DNA of 64,000 nt from Octopus vulgaris (taxonomy: Eukaryota). Each line of letters opens with the position of its first letter. Position 1 is the stretch's first letter. The notes beneath the pieces were generated by a model. The model was given only the letters and a program-made list of their open reading frames with translations, did no database searches and was not told the DNA's origin. Positions 12,378-31,100 of this stretch are shown piece by piece. Made by a program: the position numbers and the translations under genes. The stretch spans positions 181,350,001 to 181,414,000 of the forward strand of contig OX597815.1 of NCBI GenBank assembly GCA_951406725.2. The letters run 5' to 3'.

Positions 12378-12758
12378 TTTTACTTGTTTCAGTCATTTGA
12401 CTGCGGCCATGCTGGAGCACCGCCTTTTAGTTGAGCAAATCGACCCCAGGACGTATTCTTTGTAAGCCCAGTACTTATTCTATCAGTCTCTTTTGCCGAA
12501 CCGCTAAGTGACGGGGACGTAAACACACCAGTATCGGTTGTCAAGCAATGCTAGGGGTACAAACACAGACACACATACATATATATACATATATACGACA
12601 GGCTTCTTTCAGTTTCCGTCTACCAAATCCACTCACAAGGCATTGGTCGGCCCGGGGCTATAGCAGAAGACACTTGCCCAAGATGCCACGCAGTGGGACT
12701 GAACCCGGAACCATGTGGTTGGTAAGCAAGCTACTTACCACACAGCTACTCCTACGCC
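12378..12758 (-). mobile_element. SINE family A, full length
   Basis: Reverse complement of the 21055 and 46431 copies, complete from head to tail. Confidence 0.9.
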
Positions 12759-12829
12759 TACTTTGCATAATGTCTTGGGAAAAATATATATTTCTTTGAT
12801 CTTGCAGTTTTCTTTCATCGGGGAAAGGG

Positions 12830-14390
12830 TGCTGTGTACACTAAGATAATTATTGATTTACACTCTTGATTAGGGGAGTTCGTTTGAGAGGATTTCGCTG
12901 TCTATTTCCTGGTGATCGAGGCCTCTCGGTAGGTAGGTCTGGGTGTGTCTATACCAACGAACACTATTCTCTGGAGTGATAGCGTCGATGTTACGCCTTG
13001 CGACCTGTTGTATGACATGTGCTCGCCATTCATCCATGTTCATGTCGGTTTCTTCTTGAGCTGCTCGGTCGCCAACCATTTGCTGCAACTCAGCTCGAGT
13101 GAGGTCCCGCTTGGCAGCCGCCTTAAAGGCGGAATGCGCCATTTCCGTGCACTTAAGAAACGGCGAATAGGGAGTTTCAAACTGATCCGTGGGTCAGCGT
13201 CAGTTGGGAGCTCGGCACGAACGTGTGACCGCGCGTTGTCGTAGATGAAGTAGAATTGTTTCCACCAAGAACTTCTCGAAAGAGTTTTCGTGTTACGGTA
13301 TAGTCCGCAATGGAGTGATGAACCAGGCCGATTTCTTCCGGTGCCGCGAAAGTGACGTTGCAGTTTTCCCCACGCTGACAGTTGACAACGAAGAGGAACG
13401 TCCAAAAGACCGCCTGGTCCAAATGTTGCACCCACATTCATCAATGAATTGGCAATGATCGACGACTCCCTCTTCCATGAAACAATGCGCCTATCCATAA
13501 CCCTTTCCCAGAGTTCTTGGCGCATTTATTGCATCTGGGACGTCTTCGGCCATCTTCATAGTTATCAGCATCCCATCTAGAGCCTGTGAGATTGCAGACA
13601 CGGAAACAGGCGGCTTTCTAGGCGTTGCTGCCTCTAAGTTCCTCTTCATCCGTTGAAGGGTTGCGAATGGGTTGGCGTTAATAATCACCTGAAGCCTGGC
13701 TCGCATTTCCTCATCAGCTTTCACGTGGTGGGCACCTCCAGACCGTAGCTAGGTGGCTACTACGGATCGGGGAGTACTCCTTTTAATGCGAAGCTGCAGG
13801 TTATCGATTTGATGACCCCCAACCCTCGAAGGCGTCAACCAGTCTTGCCTTATCTTCGTCAGATATATGCATGTACCTTACGTGTGGCTCCATGATTATA
13901 AGTTGGGGTAAGAGAAAGGAATATAAAACGCAACCGATCCAGACCGGTTACGACTATTGCAATGAAAAAGACTTCCGTGGAAAGAAAAATCACAGAATGT
14001 ATTTCTTCCTTGTGGCTATAACAACATAATAAAATTTGCATGACAAAACACGTCATTAAAATTTGTCCTTTATAACATTCACTTCTCAGAATGTGAGTAA
14101 AAACACACATATGTTAAATTAGTGCTAAATTGAATAAACTTATTCCGATCGCGAATGCTCACGCATTCTGACTAATCTGAAATGCTCTCGACAGCCATTT
14201 TAATTTGACTGATGTAACTGCTAAATTCTTTGACCCAAGTGCGAAATTGAATGATCGGAAAACGAATTAGAATGACAAACTTCATGGTGCTAATTTCTTT
14301 CGCGACTTTGAACGACCCGATTGTCAAATTGAATGACAAACGTACGGAAATGACTGCAAAATCCTGTACAATGCTATCGGATACTGTTAT
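12830..14390 (-). mobile_element. IS630/Tc1/mariner-superfamily DNA transposon remnant (frameshifted DDE transposase ~12870-13860)
   Basis: ORF pieces give the HTH region INANPFATLQRMK, then FIDECGCN, YDNARSH, PYSPFL..E and ITPENSVRWYRH. More GC-rich than flanks. Boundaries uncertain and no TIR pair found. Confidence 0.8.
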
Positions 14391-14619
14391 ACATCGCTGG
14401 TCACAATGCGCTTTACATCGTTTTAGCTTTTGAATGATGCTGCCCTGCTGGCTAGGTGATCAGGCGAAGGTTCTTTGTGATCGAAAGACTAGTCTGTAGC
14501 TGGGTGACCCTTTTACAGCCGAGTGGACTGAGGCAGCAGGAAATGAAGTATTTTGTTTAAGGAAACAACGCACCGCTCGGTCCGGGAATCGATCTAGCGA
14601 CCGTTAGGGCAACATCATA

Positions 14620-17880
<3,261 letters not shown>

Positions 17881-18056
17881 ACACATAATTATAAAGGTAT
17901 TTTAATATGCTAGCTACTGATGAAATTTTTGGAAAAACGTTTATCGTATATTAGAAGTGTATGTGCGTGTGTGTGTATAAGTATATATATATATATGTAT
18001 AAATATATACATATATATATATATATATACGTGCCGCTGTGTGTGCTTATGTGTGG

Positions 18057-18091
<35 letters not shown>

Positions 18092-19407
18092 TGTGCGCGT
18101 GCGTGTTTGCGTACCTAACGTTGGAGGAAAATATATGTTAAGATAGCTCTTGTAATAATGGATGCGCGACCCAGACATATAACACTTAAATTCAGAAAAA
18201 GGTCATCAGGGTTTTCTACACATACTTAAGCAGTGCCCACGATGTGTTTACTGTACCAATATTCATAAGGGCGTTTCTTACATGAGCGGAGGCTAGATTT
18301 GAGCCATCGCGGCATAAATTCACAGCCATATTGGCAGTGGGACTGACTATCCCTATACAAAAAAGAAAAAAAACAAGAAAGCGGAGACTTAGCATGGATT
18401 CAAGCAGACTTTAAATGCCGTCTCATATCCCTTGGCCATCATCCAATAACCACAAGGGTACCGGAGCCACAAAGTGTACGCATTGATCGTATCTGCATGT
18501 ATGGAGCAAATGACATCATGGGTGTTGATAAGCTATCCGCAAAGTATTATTCCCTGATGAATGTTGGCGTGTTTACATCCCCGTAACTTAGCGGTTCTGC
18601 AAACGACTCCAAAAGAATAAGTACTAGGCTTACAATGAATAAGTCCTGGGGACGATTTGTTCGACTAAAGGCTGTACTCCAGCACGGCCGCAGTCAAATG
18701 ACTGAAACAAGTAAATGAAATAACAGACCTGACATAATGATCTGGAACTGTTGACATAACGTTAAAGAACAGTGAAAAAGAAAACAATTATGCTGAAGTG
18801 ATGAGAAATCTTTAGTTACTCCACCCGAACAATAACTTAGGATTTCTAGTAACTTGACCCCTAGCAATTCTCTATGGAAGTTTATTCTCTTGAAACCAGA
18901 AGAATTCTTAGTTGTAAAAGATGAAACTTCAACTGGTATTGAGAGTAAATTCAATGATATAACGATAACGGGTAACGATGATACGCCCGAATAAACGAGA
19001 GAAGAAAAATATTAACTGTTAGTTGGATGGCCCTTTATTTTTTACCGTTATCTTTCCAAAGTAAGTTACAAGTCCATTCCGTGTGGTAGTTAGCTTCATC
19101 TGTGTGTGATTACTAGAGAGAAAAAGGAAGTATAAGAGTGTTTTTTTTTTTCAAGTAGGAGTCAGAGCTGTGTCGTCGCGCAATGGAAAGCCATATGTGA
19201 AGTGAGAAACAAAGATGGCCTTTGTCCAAGGGCCGAGCGACCAAAGTGAGGAAACCGATTTGAGGTTGCTTATTTATAGCTTTTCTAACCAAACTAGGTC
19301 AAGCTAAACGAAGGATTTTTTTTTCAGTGTCAGCTTTGACCCAAGTATGATTCGAAAAAGATTAAGACGTCAGCTTACTCTCATAAATGTCATAGCGCAA
19401 CAGGCAT

Positions 19408-20121
19408 GAACAATAGGAAGAAAGTTGTAGGAAAATGTGAATTCGATTTCGAATCCTGGGTTAAAAATTTGGAAATTATTTCTTACAATGGAATAAATGA
19501 AAGTGAGGAATATTATTAGATATTTGTAAAAACATTAAGGAAAAGAAGTCACTGTCTACGAACTACAATAGGAAGAAAGATGTAGGAAAATGTGGATTCG
19601 ATTTCGAATCCTGGCTTAAAAATTTGGAAATTATTTCTTACAATGGAATAACTGAAAGTGTGGAATGTTATTAGATATTTGTGAATAGCATCTATTTCTT
19701 TACTACCCACTAGGGGCTAAATACAGAGAGGACAAACAAGGACAGACAAACGGATTAAGTCGATTATATCGACCCAGTGTGTAACTGGTACTTAATTTAT
19801 CGACCCCGAAAAGATGAAAGGCAAAGTCGACCTCGGTGGAATTTGAACTCAGAACACAAAAATAGACGAAATACGGCTACGCATTTTCGCCCGGCGTGCT
19901 AACCATTCTGCCAGCTCGCTGCCTTATCTGTGAATGACATCAAGGAAAAGAAATCACCGTCTACGAATAACAATAGGAAGAAAGACGTAGGAAAATGTGG
20001 ATTCGATTTCGAATCCTGGCTTAGAAATTTGGAAATTATTTCTTACAATGGAATGATAGAAAGTGAGGAATATTATTAGGTATTTGTAAATAACATTTAG
20101 GAAAAGAAGTCACCGTCTACG
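19408..20121 (+). repeat. Three tandem ~155-bp units, the second interrupted by a SINE (duplicated at ~24986-25699)
   Basis: ACAATAGGAAGAAAG..TAGGAAAATGTG.ATTCGATTTCGAATCC...GTCTACG occurs three times. Confidence 0.85.
19692..19924 (-). mobile_element. SINE family C monomer with ~17-bp TSD (duplicated at ~25271-25503)
   Basis: Flanked by TATTTGTGAATAGCATC and TATCTGTGAATGACATC. Confidence 0.85.
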
Positions 20122-21054
20122 ATCTACATACGATAGCATAGCTACGATTTATGTCATACAAGGCGGTTCTTGACGATAAACACAACATAACGCATATTTG
20201 AAGTACAACCCACACAGAATGTTACCCCAGGAAAAACATTCCTTCACCCTTTTAGCTACATATTTGAAGTACTACTCACCCAGAATGTTACCCCGAGAAA
20301 AGCTTTCCTTGTCCTCCTTCTCTTAGCTACGCTGCCGGGTACAGACTGCTCCAAAAGTCACTTTCTATTCTGAGAATTATCGTTAAAGCATCGTTAATAT
20401 ATTGTACGATGCCATGGGTAATATCTTTGCATTTCGAATAGAGAGAGAACAAGGAGCTTCTTTTGTTGTTGTTGCTGATGATGATGTTTACGTCATAGGT
20501 CTGCTTAATCACCGCTGACACAACGCTAAACAACAGCTGCAGCAGCACAGCCGCCGCCTCCACCACCACAATCAACAACAATAAAGTTTTAAAATCGAAG
20601 TGATTTTTTCGATTATCTTTATACAGTTAGAGTTGTCAGTAAAATGATGAAACGAAAGCACTGAACTGAATATATTTGAAAACAATCAAGAAAACGCATG
20701 ATCTTTTAGCCGCCCTCTGTCATCTGTCGGGTAAAAAAAGCGCAGTCAAATTATACCGGACCATCTCGAAAGGTCATTGATACATCGTAGGTATCCAATA
20801 CTCGAGAACAGAACCGGTTCATTTTTATTTTTATTGTTATGTTTTATTTTTCGGTTTGAAAGTGCCTTCGCCATAAGTCTGCATAATGCTCAACCAATCA
20901 CTAGCATCATCACAAAACGCGCACACACTCGCACACATATATATATACATACATATTTGCATACACACCCACACACACACACACATATATACATATTGTA
21001 TTTATTGCCGACTGTAAATGCGCCTGCGCGCGAAGTTTTGAAAGATTATAACAT

Positions 21055-21468
21055 AGGCGTAGGAGTGGCTGTGTGGTAAGTATCTTGCTTACCAACCACA
21101 TGGTTCCGGGTTCAGTCCCAGTGCGTGGCACCTTGGGCAAGTGTCTTCTACTATAGCCTTGGGCCGACCAAAGCCTTGTGAGTGGATTTGGTAGACGGAA
21201 ACTGAAAGAAACCTGTCGTATATATGTATATATATGTATGTATGTGTGTGTATGTGTTTGTGTGTCTGTGTTTGTACCTCCCAACAACGCTTGACAACCG
21301 ATGCTGGTGTGTTTACGTCCCCGTAACTTAGTGGTTCGGCATAAGAGACCGATAGAATAAGTACTAGCCTTACAAAGAATAAGTCCTGCGGTCGATTTGC
21401 TCGACTAAAGGTGGTGCTCCAGGATGGCCACAGTCAAATGACTGAAAAAAGTAAAAGAGTAAAAGAGT
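21055..21468 (+). mobile_element. SINE family A, full length
   Basis: Head GGCGTAGGAGTGGCTGTGTGG, B-box GGTTCAGTCCC, tail ending in (GTAAAAGA)n. Confidence 0.9.
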
Positions 21469-21883
21469 ATATAATGTTCTTGTCTCTGAATTATAAGTTA
21501 GTTATTGAGGCCAGTTACTGATGAGAATTCGCTTGGCGATAATATTGTTTTGCTAAATTACCTATTAATGGATGGCAAATAATCTTATTTGCTAAAGAAA
21601 TTCGAAACCATGGTATAACCGCTAATAAAAATAACAAGGTAAAAGTTTTTATTTTTCAATTCCTTCGAAAATTGCTGTTAAATCGTGGTTTTGGCCGTGC
21701 TGGCTGCTATTTCTAGCATGTAAAAATTACCTGTTAAAGGGTAGTTTTCTTTTGTGTTTAAATGTACACTATTTTAAAATATGAATATGTTGTCTATTGA
21801 CTATTCATACATGCTAGGCCACTGGTGGTGATATTTATAACGAATATTCGCTACCCTATATATGTATATTATATGAAATATTA

Positions 21884-21971
<88 letters not shown>

Positions 21972-22069
21972 AATAAGAAAATGGAGGAACAATTTAGTTT
22001 GTTCATCAGCTTTCGGATATTAGAATGTTGAATAATTTACACACACAAACATATATGAAATATGATATA

Positions 22070-22157
<88 letters not shown>

Positions 22158-22313
22158 GACAGACAGACAAAGAGATAGATAAATATCCTTTCTTCTATCT
22201 AGCAAGGAATGAAAACTGATGATAACATGAAATTGTTACATTATCACTAACTTCTTAGTCATGACTAGCACAAGCGAAACCGGTCGACTATGTAAATATT
22301 TTATACACTTTAT

Positions 22314-22349
<36 letters not shown>

Positions 22350-22434
22350 GTTGTCCAACATAAAATTTCTGTGCATTTTGCTTCTTTTATATTTTTCACT
22401 ACAGTTGAAATTATTTATAATGGAGACTTTTAAC

Positions 22435-22479
<45 letters not shown>

Positions 22480-22481
<2 letters not shown>

Positions 22482-24097
22482 GCAAATTGAGATAGGGGTT
22501 GTAAATGCAACCCTCCATGGGATAACATATATCCAATATACTGCCAGTGAAGTACCCAATAAAGTTAATACATGAATGTTAAGAATTGCGATGCAATTAA
22601 TTCATTTACTGTATTATATGGGCAAAGGTAAAGTGTTTTACCACAAATTAATAATACAAAATAAGAAAATGGAGAAATACACCCAAATCAAATATCAACT
22701 ACCAGATAATACCCAATCACATACTTTATTAAACCAACACATAAGAAACTTTGAGGTCAAACATAATAATATATGACAGAACAGTGTACATAAAGGAGTG
22801 TATGTAAAGGAGTAATATGATACAATAAGTACAATATGTATAAGAGAATATAAATATAAATATAAATATAAACTACATCTTACAGCTGTTTCAGCCCTGC
22901 AGATAAGTATGTCTCATTTTACTTATATTAGCCATGTGTGGTAGGTCAATATGTAGTTATGAATGAGACATTTACAAAAATATCCTAAGGCCTCTTCAGA
23001 GATTATTAAATACAAACCAAATTACATATACACTTACATAAGCGTGGGTACATACCCATAATAAATCATATACATATACATATGAGTGCATATACTCATA
23101 CTCCTATACATATACATATAACATACATGATAATATAGATAATATAAATCAATAAACATACATATGTTCCATATTCAATGTTACAGTTTTTCAACTTAAT
23201 ATTGTGATATTACAATATAAAAAAAACATACACATATTAATACCCAAATGCAGATATACAGAGTCAAGAGTACATTATATTAATTATATTAATTTATAAA
23301 ATGTCATTAATGTTAACATCATTACCATTATCATTACCACTAATGCTACCAATATCATTATTCTTATTATTAATAACACTAATACTAGCAAAACAATATA
23401 TAGATCCCATTATTAGCAATATAATAGCAAAACTAAGGACCACAATAGTATTACAGTACCATGCAAAGCATTAAATATCTGTATATACATACAAATAAGA
23501 AATAAAAGCATTCGGTTTGCATGATATTAAGATCCACAGGTGCACAGATGTACATACGAGTGTAAATTAATAATTTCAATTGTGACACAAATACAGTATT
23601 ATGTTCAGAAATAGTTACGAATCTAGAGCTAAAATATGATGGGCTTGTACATTTAAATTTAAATTACAATTGTCTTCTTTACGGTTGGTTTCTTGAGAAA
23701 CATCTACACACGTGCACTTGCAAACGTACGCCCATACGCACATACACAGACAAATCACAACATAAGAGATACCAGCCCACACACACACACATATGTTTAC
23801 ATACAGATCTACTCACATATATCCATAAAAATGCGTACATGCAAGCACACAGACAACTATACCTAGTCGAAGTACGTTATTATCACAAGATACATGATTA
23901 AAATAACACCGTATATTTCGTAAACAAATTATCTTGTCACTGGAACTAAACATTCGCATATACATATATACATATTTAAATATGTATCTGCGTACATATA
24001 CATATATATCAACCCATGAATATACTTATACATATAAAAACATACATATACATACATATACATATGAACACATTTCGACACATCTACATATATTTAC
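22480..24097 (-). mobile_element. Truncated copy of the Penelope inverted terminal arm, including a minus-strand hammerhead at ~22877-23003
   Basis: Near-identical to 28070-29688 and cut by the duplication junction. Confidence 0.8.
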
Positions 24098-26633
24098 ATG
24101 GGTGTTGATAAGCTATCCGCAAAGTATTATTCCCTGATGAATGTTGGCGTGTTTACATCCCCGTAACTTAGCGGTTCTGCAAACGACTCCAAAAGAATAA
24201 GTACTAGGCTTACAATGAATAAGTCCTGGGGACGATTTGTTCGACTAAAGGCTGTACTCCAGCACGGCCGCAGTCAAATGACTGAAACAAGTAAATGAAA
24301 TAACAGACCTGACATAATGATCTGGAACTGTTGACATAACGTTAAAGAACAGTGAAAAAGAAAACAATTATGCTGAAGTGATGAGAAATCTTTAGTTACT
24401 CCACCCGAACAATAACTTAGGATTTCTAGTAACTTGACCCCTAGCAATTCTCTATGGAAGTTTATTCTCTTGAAACCAGAAGAATTCTTAGTTGTAAAAG
24501 ATGAAAGTTCAACTGGTATTGGAGAGTAAATTCAATGATATAACGATAACGGGTAACGATGATACGCCCGAATAAACGAGAGAAGAAAAATATTAACTGT
24601 TAGTTGGATGGCCCTTTATTTTTTACCGTTATCTTTCCAAAGTAAGTTACAAGTCCATTCCGTGTGGTAGTTAGCTTCATCTGTGTGTGATTACTAGAGA
24701 GAAAAAGGAAGTATAAGAGTGTTTTTTTTTTCAAGTAGGAGTCAGAGCTGTGTCGTCGCGCAATGGAAAGCCATATGTGAAGTGAGAAACAAAGATGGCC
24801 TTTGTCCAAGGGCCGAGCGACCAAAGTGAGGAAACCGATTTGAGGTTGCTTATTTATAGCTTTTCTAACCAAACTAGGTCAAGCTAAACGAAGGATTTTT
24901 TTCAGTGTCAGCTTTGACCCAAGTATGATTCGAAAAAGATTAAGACGTCAGCTTACTCTCATAAATGTCATAGCGCAACAGGCATGAACAATAGGAAGAA
25001 AGTTGTAGGAAAATGTGAATTCGATTTCGAATCCTGGGTTAAAAATTTGGAAATTATTTCTTACAATGGAATAAATGAAAGTGAGGAATATTATTAGATA
25101 TTTGTAAAAACATTAAGGAAAAGAAGTCACTGTCTACGAACTACAATAGGAAGAAAGATGTAGGAAAATGTGGATTCGATTTCGAATCCTGGCTTAAAAA
25201 TTTGGAAATTATTTCTTACAATGGAATAACTGAAAGTGTGGAATGTTATTAGATATTTGTGAATAGCATCTATTTCTTTACTACCCACTAGGGGCTAAAT
25301 ACAGAGAGGACAAACAAGGACAGACAAACGGATTAAGTCGATTATATCGACCCAGTGTGTAACTGGTACTTAATTTATCGACCCCGAAAAGATGAAAGGC
25401 AAAGTCGACCTCGGTGGAATTTGAACTCAGAACACAAAAATAGACGAAATACGGCTACGCATTTTCGCCCGGCGTGCTAACCATTCTGCCAGCTCGCTGC
25501 CTTATCTGTGAATGACATCAAGGAAAAGAAATCACCGTCTACGAATAACAATAGGAAGAAAGACGTAGGAAAATGTGGATTCGATTTCGAATCCTGGCTT
25601 AGAAATTTGGAAATTATTTCTTACAATGGAATGATAGAAAGTGAGGAATATTATTAGGTATTTGTAAATAACATTTAGGAAAAGAAGTCACCGTCTACGA
25701 TCTACATACGATAGCATAGCTACGATTTATGTCATAACAAGGCGGTTCTTGACGATAAACACAACATAACGCATATTTGAAGTACAACCCACACAGAATG
25801 TTACCCCAGGAAAAACATTCCTTCACCCTTTTAGCTACATATTTGAAGTACTACTCACCCAGAATGTTACCCCGAGAAAAGCTTTCCTTGTCCTCCTTCT
25901 CTTAGCTACGCTGCCGGGTACAGACTGCTCCAAAAGTCACTTTCTATTCTGAGAATTATCGTTAAAGCATCGTTAATATATTGTACGATGCCATGGGTAA
26001 TATCTTTGCATTTCGAATAGAGAGAGAACAAGGAGCTTCTTTTGTTGTTGTTGCTGATGATGATGTTTACGTCATAGGTCTGCTTAATCACCGCTGACAC
26101 AACGCTAAACAACAGCTGCAGCAGCACAGCCGCCGCCTCCACCACCACAATCAACAACAATAAAGTTTTAAAATCGAAGTGATTTTTTCGATTATCTTTA
26201 TACAGTTAGAGTTGTCAGTAAAATGATGAAACGAAAGCACTGAACTGAATATATTTGAAAACAATCAAGAAAACGCATGATCTTTTAGCCGCCCTCTGTC
26301 ATCTGTCGGGTAAAAAAAGCGCAGTCAAATTATACCGGACCATCTCGAAAGGTCATTGATACATCGTAGGTATCCAATACTCGAGAACAGAACCGGTTCA
26401 TTTTTATTTTTATTGTTATGTTTTATTTTTCGGTTTGAAAGTGCCTTCGCCATAAGTCTGCATAATGCTCAACCAATCACTAGCATCATCACAAAACGCG
26501 CACACACTCGCACACATATATATATACATACATATTTGCATACACACCCACACACACACACACATATATACATATTGTATTTATTGCCGACTGTAAATGC
26601 GCCTGCGCGCGAAGTTTTGAAAGATTATAACAT

Positions 26634-27048
26634 AGGCGTAGGAGTGGCTGTGTGGTAAGTATCTTGCTTACCAACCACATGGTTCCGGGTTCAGTCCCAG
26701 TGCGTGGCACCTTGGGCAAGTGTCTTCTACTATAGCCTTGGGCCGACCAAAGCCTTGTGAGTGGATTTGGTAGACGGAAACTGAAAGAAACCTGTCGTAT
26801 ATATGTATATATATGTATGTATGTGTGTGTATGTGTTTGTGTGTCTGTGTTTGTACCTCCCAACAACGCTTGACAACCGATGCTGGTGTGTTTACGTCCC
26901 CGTAACTTAGTGGTTCGGCATAAGAGACCGATAGAATAAGTACTAGCCTTACAAAGAATAAGTCCTGCGGTCGATTTGCTCGACTAAAGGTGGTGCTCCA
27001 GGGATGGCCACAGTCAAATGACTGAAAAAAGTAAAAGAGTAAAAGAGT
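26634..27048 (+). mobile_element. SINE family A, full length (duplicated copy)
   Basis: Near-identical to 21055-21468. Confidence 0.9.
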
Positions 27049-27462
27049 ATATAATGTTCTTGTCTCTGAATTATAAGTTAGTTATTGAGGCCAGTTACTG
27101 ATGAGAATTCGCTTGGCGATAATATTGTTTTGCTAAATTACCTATTAATGGATGGCAAATAATCTTATTTGCTAAAGAAATTCGAAACCATGGTATAACC
27201 GCTAATAAAAATAACAAGGTAAAAGTTTTTATTTTTCAATTCCTTCGAAAATTGCTGTTAAATCGTGGTTTTGGCCGTGCTGGCTGCTATTTCTAGCATG
27301 TAAAAATTACCTGTTAAAGGGTAGTTTTCTTTTGTGTTTAAATGTACACTATTTTAAAATATGAATATGTTGTCTATTGACTATTCATACATGCTAGGCC
27401 ACTGGTGGTGATATTTATAACGAATATTCGCTACCCTATATATGTATATTATATGAAATATT

Positions 27463-27536
<74 letters not shown>

Positions 27537-27638
27537 CAAAAATAAGAAAATGGAGGAACAATTTAGTTTGTTCATCAGCTTTCGGATATTAGAATGTTGA
27601 ATAATTTACACACACAAACATATATGAAATATGATATA

Positions 27639-27750
<112 letters not shown>

Positions 27751-27906
27751 GACAGACAGACAAAGAGATAGATAAATATCCTTTCTTCTATCTAGCAAGG
27801 AATGAAAACTGATGATAACATGAAATTGTTACATTATCACTAACTTCTTAGTCATGACTAGCACAAGCGAAACCGGTCGACTATGTAAATATTTTATACA
27901 CTTTAT

Positions 27907-27940
<34 letters not shown>

Positions 27941-28025
27941 GTTGTCCAACATAAAATTTCTGTGCATTTTGCTTCTTTTATATTTTTCACTACTGTTGAA
28001 ATTATTTATACTGGAGACTTTTAAC

Positions 28026-28072
<47 letters not shown>

Positions 28073-30350
28073 GCAAATTGAGATAGGGGTTGTAAATGCA
28101 ACCCTCCATGGGATAACATATATCCAATATACTGCCAGTGAAGTACCCAATAAAGTTAATACATGAATGTTAAGAATTGCGATGCAATTAATTCATTTAC
28201 TGTATTATATGGGCAAAGGTAAAGTGTTTTACCACAAATTAATAATACAAAATAAGAAAATGGAGAAATACACCCAAATCAAATATCAACTACCAGATAA
28301 TACCCAATCACATACTTTATTAAACCAACACATAAGAAACTTTGAGGTCAAACATAATAATATATGACAGAACAGTGTACATAAAGGAGTGTATGTAAAG
28401 GAGTAATATGATACAATAAGTACAATATGTATAAGAGAATATAAATATAAATATAAATATAAACTACATCTTACAGCTGTTTCAGCCCTGCAGATAAGTA
28501 TGTCTCATTTTACTTATATTAGCCATGTGTGGTAGGTCAATATGTAGTTATGAATGAGACATTTACAAAAATATCCTAAGGCCTCTTCAGAGATTATTAA
28601 ATACAAACCAAATTACATATACACTTACATAAGCGTGGGTACATACCCATAATAAATCATATACATATACATATGAGTGCATATACTCATACTCCTATAC
28701 ATATACATATAACATACATGATAATATAGATAATATAAATCAATAAACATACATATGTTCCATATTCAATGTTACAGTTTTTCAACTTAATATTGTGATA
28801 TTACAATATAAAAAAACATACACATATTAATACCCAAATGCAGATATACAGAGTCAAGAGTACATTATATTAATTTATATTAATTTATAAAATGTCATTA
28901 ATGTTAACATCATTACCATTATCATTACCACTAATGCTACCAATATCATTATTCTTATTATTAATAACACTAATACTAGCAAAACAATATATAGATCCCA
29001 TTATTAGCAATATAATAGCAAAACTAAGGACCACAATAGTATTACAGTACCATGCAAAGCATTAAATATCTGTATATACATACAAATAAGAAATAAAAGC
29101 ATTCGGTTTGCATGATATTAAGATCCACAGGTGCACAGATGTACATACGAGTGTAAATTAATAATTTCAATTGTGACACAAATACAGTATTATGTTCAGA
29201 AATAGTTACGAATCTAGAGCTAAAATATGATGGGCTTGTACATTTAAATTTAAATTACAATTGTCTTCTTTACGGTTGGTTTCTTGAGAAACATCTACAC
29301 ACGTGCACTTGCAAACGTACGCCCATACGCACATACACAGACAAATCACAACATAAGAGATACCAGCCCACACACACACACATATGTTTACATACAGATC
29401 TACTCACATATATCCATAAAAATGCGTACATGCAAGCACACAGACAACTATACCTAGTCGAAGTACGTTATTATCACAAGATACATGATTAAAATAACAC
29501 CGTATATTTCGTAAACAAATTATCTTGTCACTGGAACTAAACATTCGCATATACATATATACATATTTAAATATGTATCTGCGTACATATACATATATAT
29601 CAACCCATGAATATACTTATACATATAAAAACATACATATACATACATATACATATGAACACATTTCGACACATCTACATATATTTACTAAATTACAAAA
29701 TATATGTCTGCCCATCAAAGGAGGTATAAATACACACACAATAAGTTAGCAGAAATTACTATTAATTAAGATATAAGTAAATTAATTATAAACTAAATTA
29801 ATTATAAATTAATAAGTGAAAAAAAATTAAATAAATAAATAAATAAATGAATAAATAAATGAATGAATAAATAAATATATAAATAAATGAATAAATAAAT
29901 AAATAAGAATGAATAAATAAATAAATAAATAAATAAATAGAAATATATGTATATATCCATGTATAGATAAATAGATAAATAAAATAAAATACAAATTAAG
30001 ATGAGTACAAAGATAAACTTAATATATAAGGCTGCCAAACAAATACATGCTAAAACTTATATGCTCCTCCAAAATAAACAACGTTTACTAATTATAGACC
30101 CACATTTGTTACATATTGGTATAACAAAAACCCGAACCAGCGCCTTAAGATATGATGCGTATATACACCCTACACCCTATAACAATAATAATAAAACTAA
30201 TCTTAAGTTGGATTCTAGGCATAATATTGACAATATTAAAGGTAGAAAGCATATGGGATGGAAGGGTAATAGGGTTTTTGCCAAAAAAACAATTCGATAG
30301 GTTACCCACATAGTGATAACGATGCACTATGGCTAATAACCCCATATGCA

Positions 30351-31100
30351 GTGCAGATTAAAACAGATATAGTTAGAACAATACATAAATTACTATATAG
30401 GCACTTTGTTAAGGGTAAGAATAAATTTGGCCAAATAATTAACAATAGAACTATTAGGATAGGATATAGCATTACCCACAATTTAGCCACCATCATTTCC
30501 TCCTTTAATAACAGGAAATTAGATTGCTTCTATAATGATAGAAAGTTAAACTTGGGTAGAAATCCTATTGATAAGAATATCACCAACAATAATAAGCATA
30601 AACTCTCGTTAAATTTAGGATTAGGTAGTGAAAATAGGTGCAATACTATTAATAGGAATAGGGATACAGGGATTTTTTCCAAGGTTAAATTTCCTCAATC
30701 TGTTAATAGCTGCAATTGCAGAAGCAAGAATCAATGTGTGTTTAGTAATGAATGCCTGAGGAAAGAGGTAGTTTATCAATGCACTGTAAATACAAAATAT
30801 AACAGTAGGGTGTACATTGGTGCGACTAAAAATAGTATGAAGCAGCGGCTAAACTATCATAGATATACTTTTAAAAATAAAAATAGGATGAATTCTACGG
30901 TGTTAGGTACGTATATTTGGGAACTCAAGAGTAGGAGCATAGATTTTAAATTAAATTGGGAAATACTAACTTATGCACCTGTATACAATAGTAGAAATAA
31001 AAATGCTCTTTATGTATCAATGAAATTTTCTTCATCATCAAAGTTGGCCTATACATTATTAATAACATTAACGAGCGGAATTTTTGCCTTCACAAATTAG
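30351..31100 (+). pseudogene. Penelope ORF C-terminus: Cys-rich linker plus GIY-YIG endonuclease (5'-truncated, frameshifted near the end)
   Basis: CNCRSKNQC..ECL..EVVYQCTV..YIGAT..KQRLNYH..STVLGTYIWELK..LNWEIL. Confidence 0.85.

Noticed and set aside
19408-20121. Regularly spaced repeats suggestive of a CRISPR array
   Set aside because: The units are ~155-bp whole tandem duplicates without unique spacers, the context is eukaryotic, and there are no cas genes.
20327-20581. 84-aa ORF with a hydrophobic N-terminus, present twice
   Set aside because: It has a non-ATG start and no recognisable domain, and the two copies are explained by the tandem duplication.
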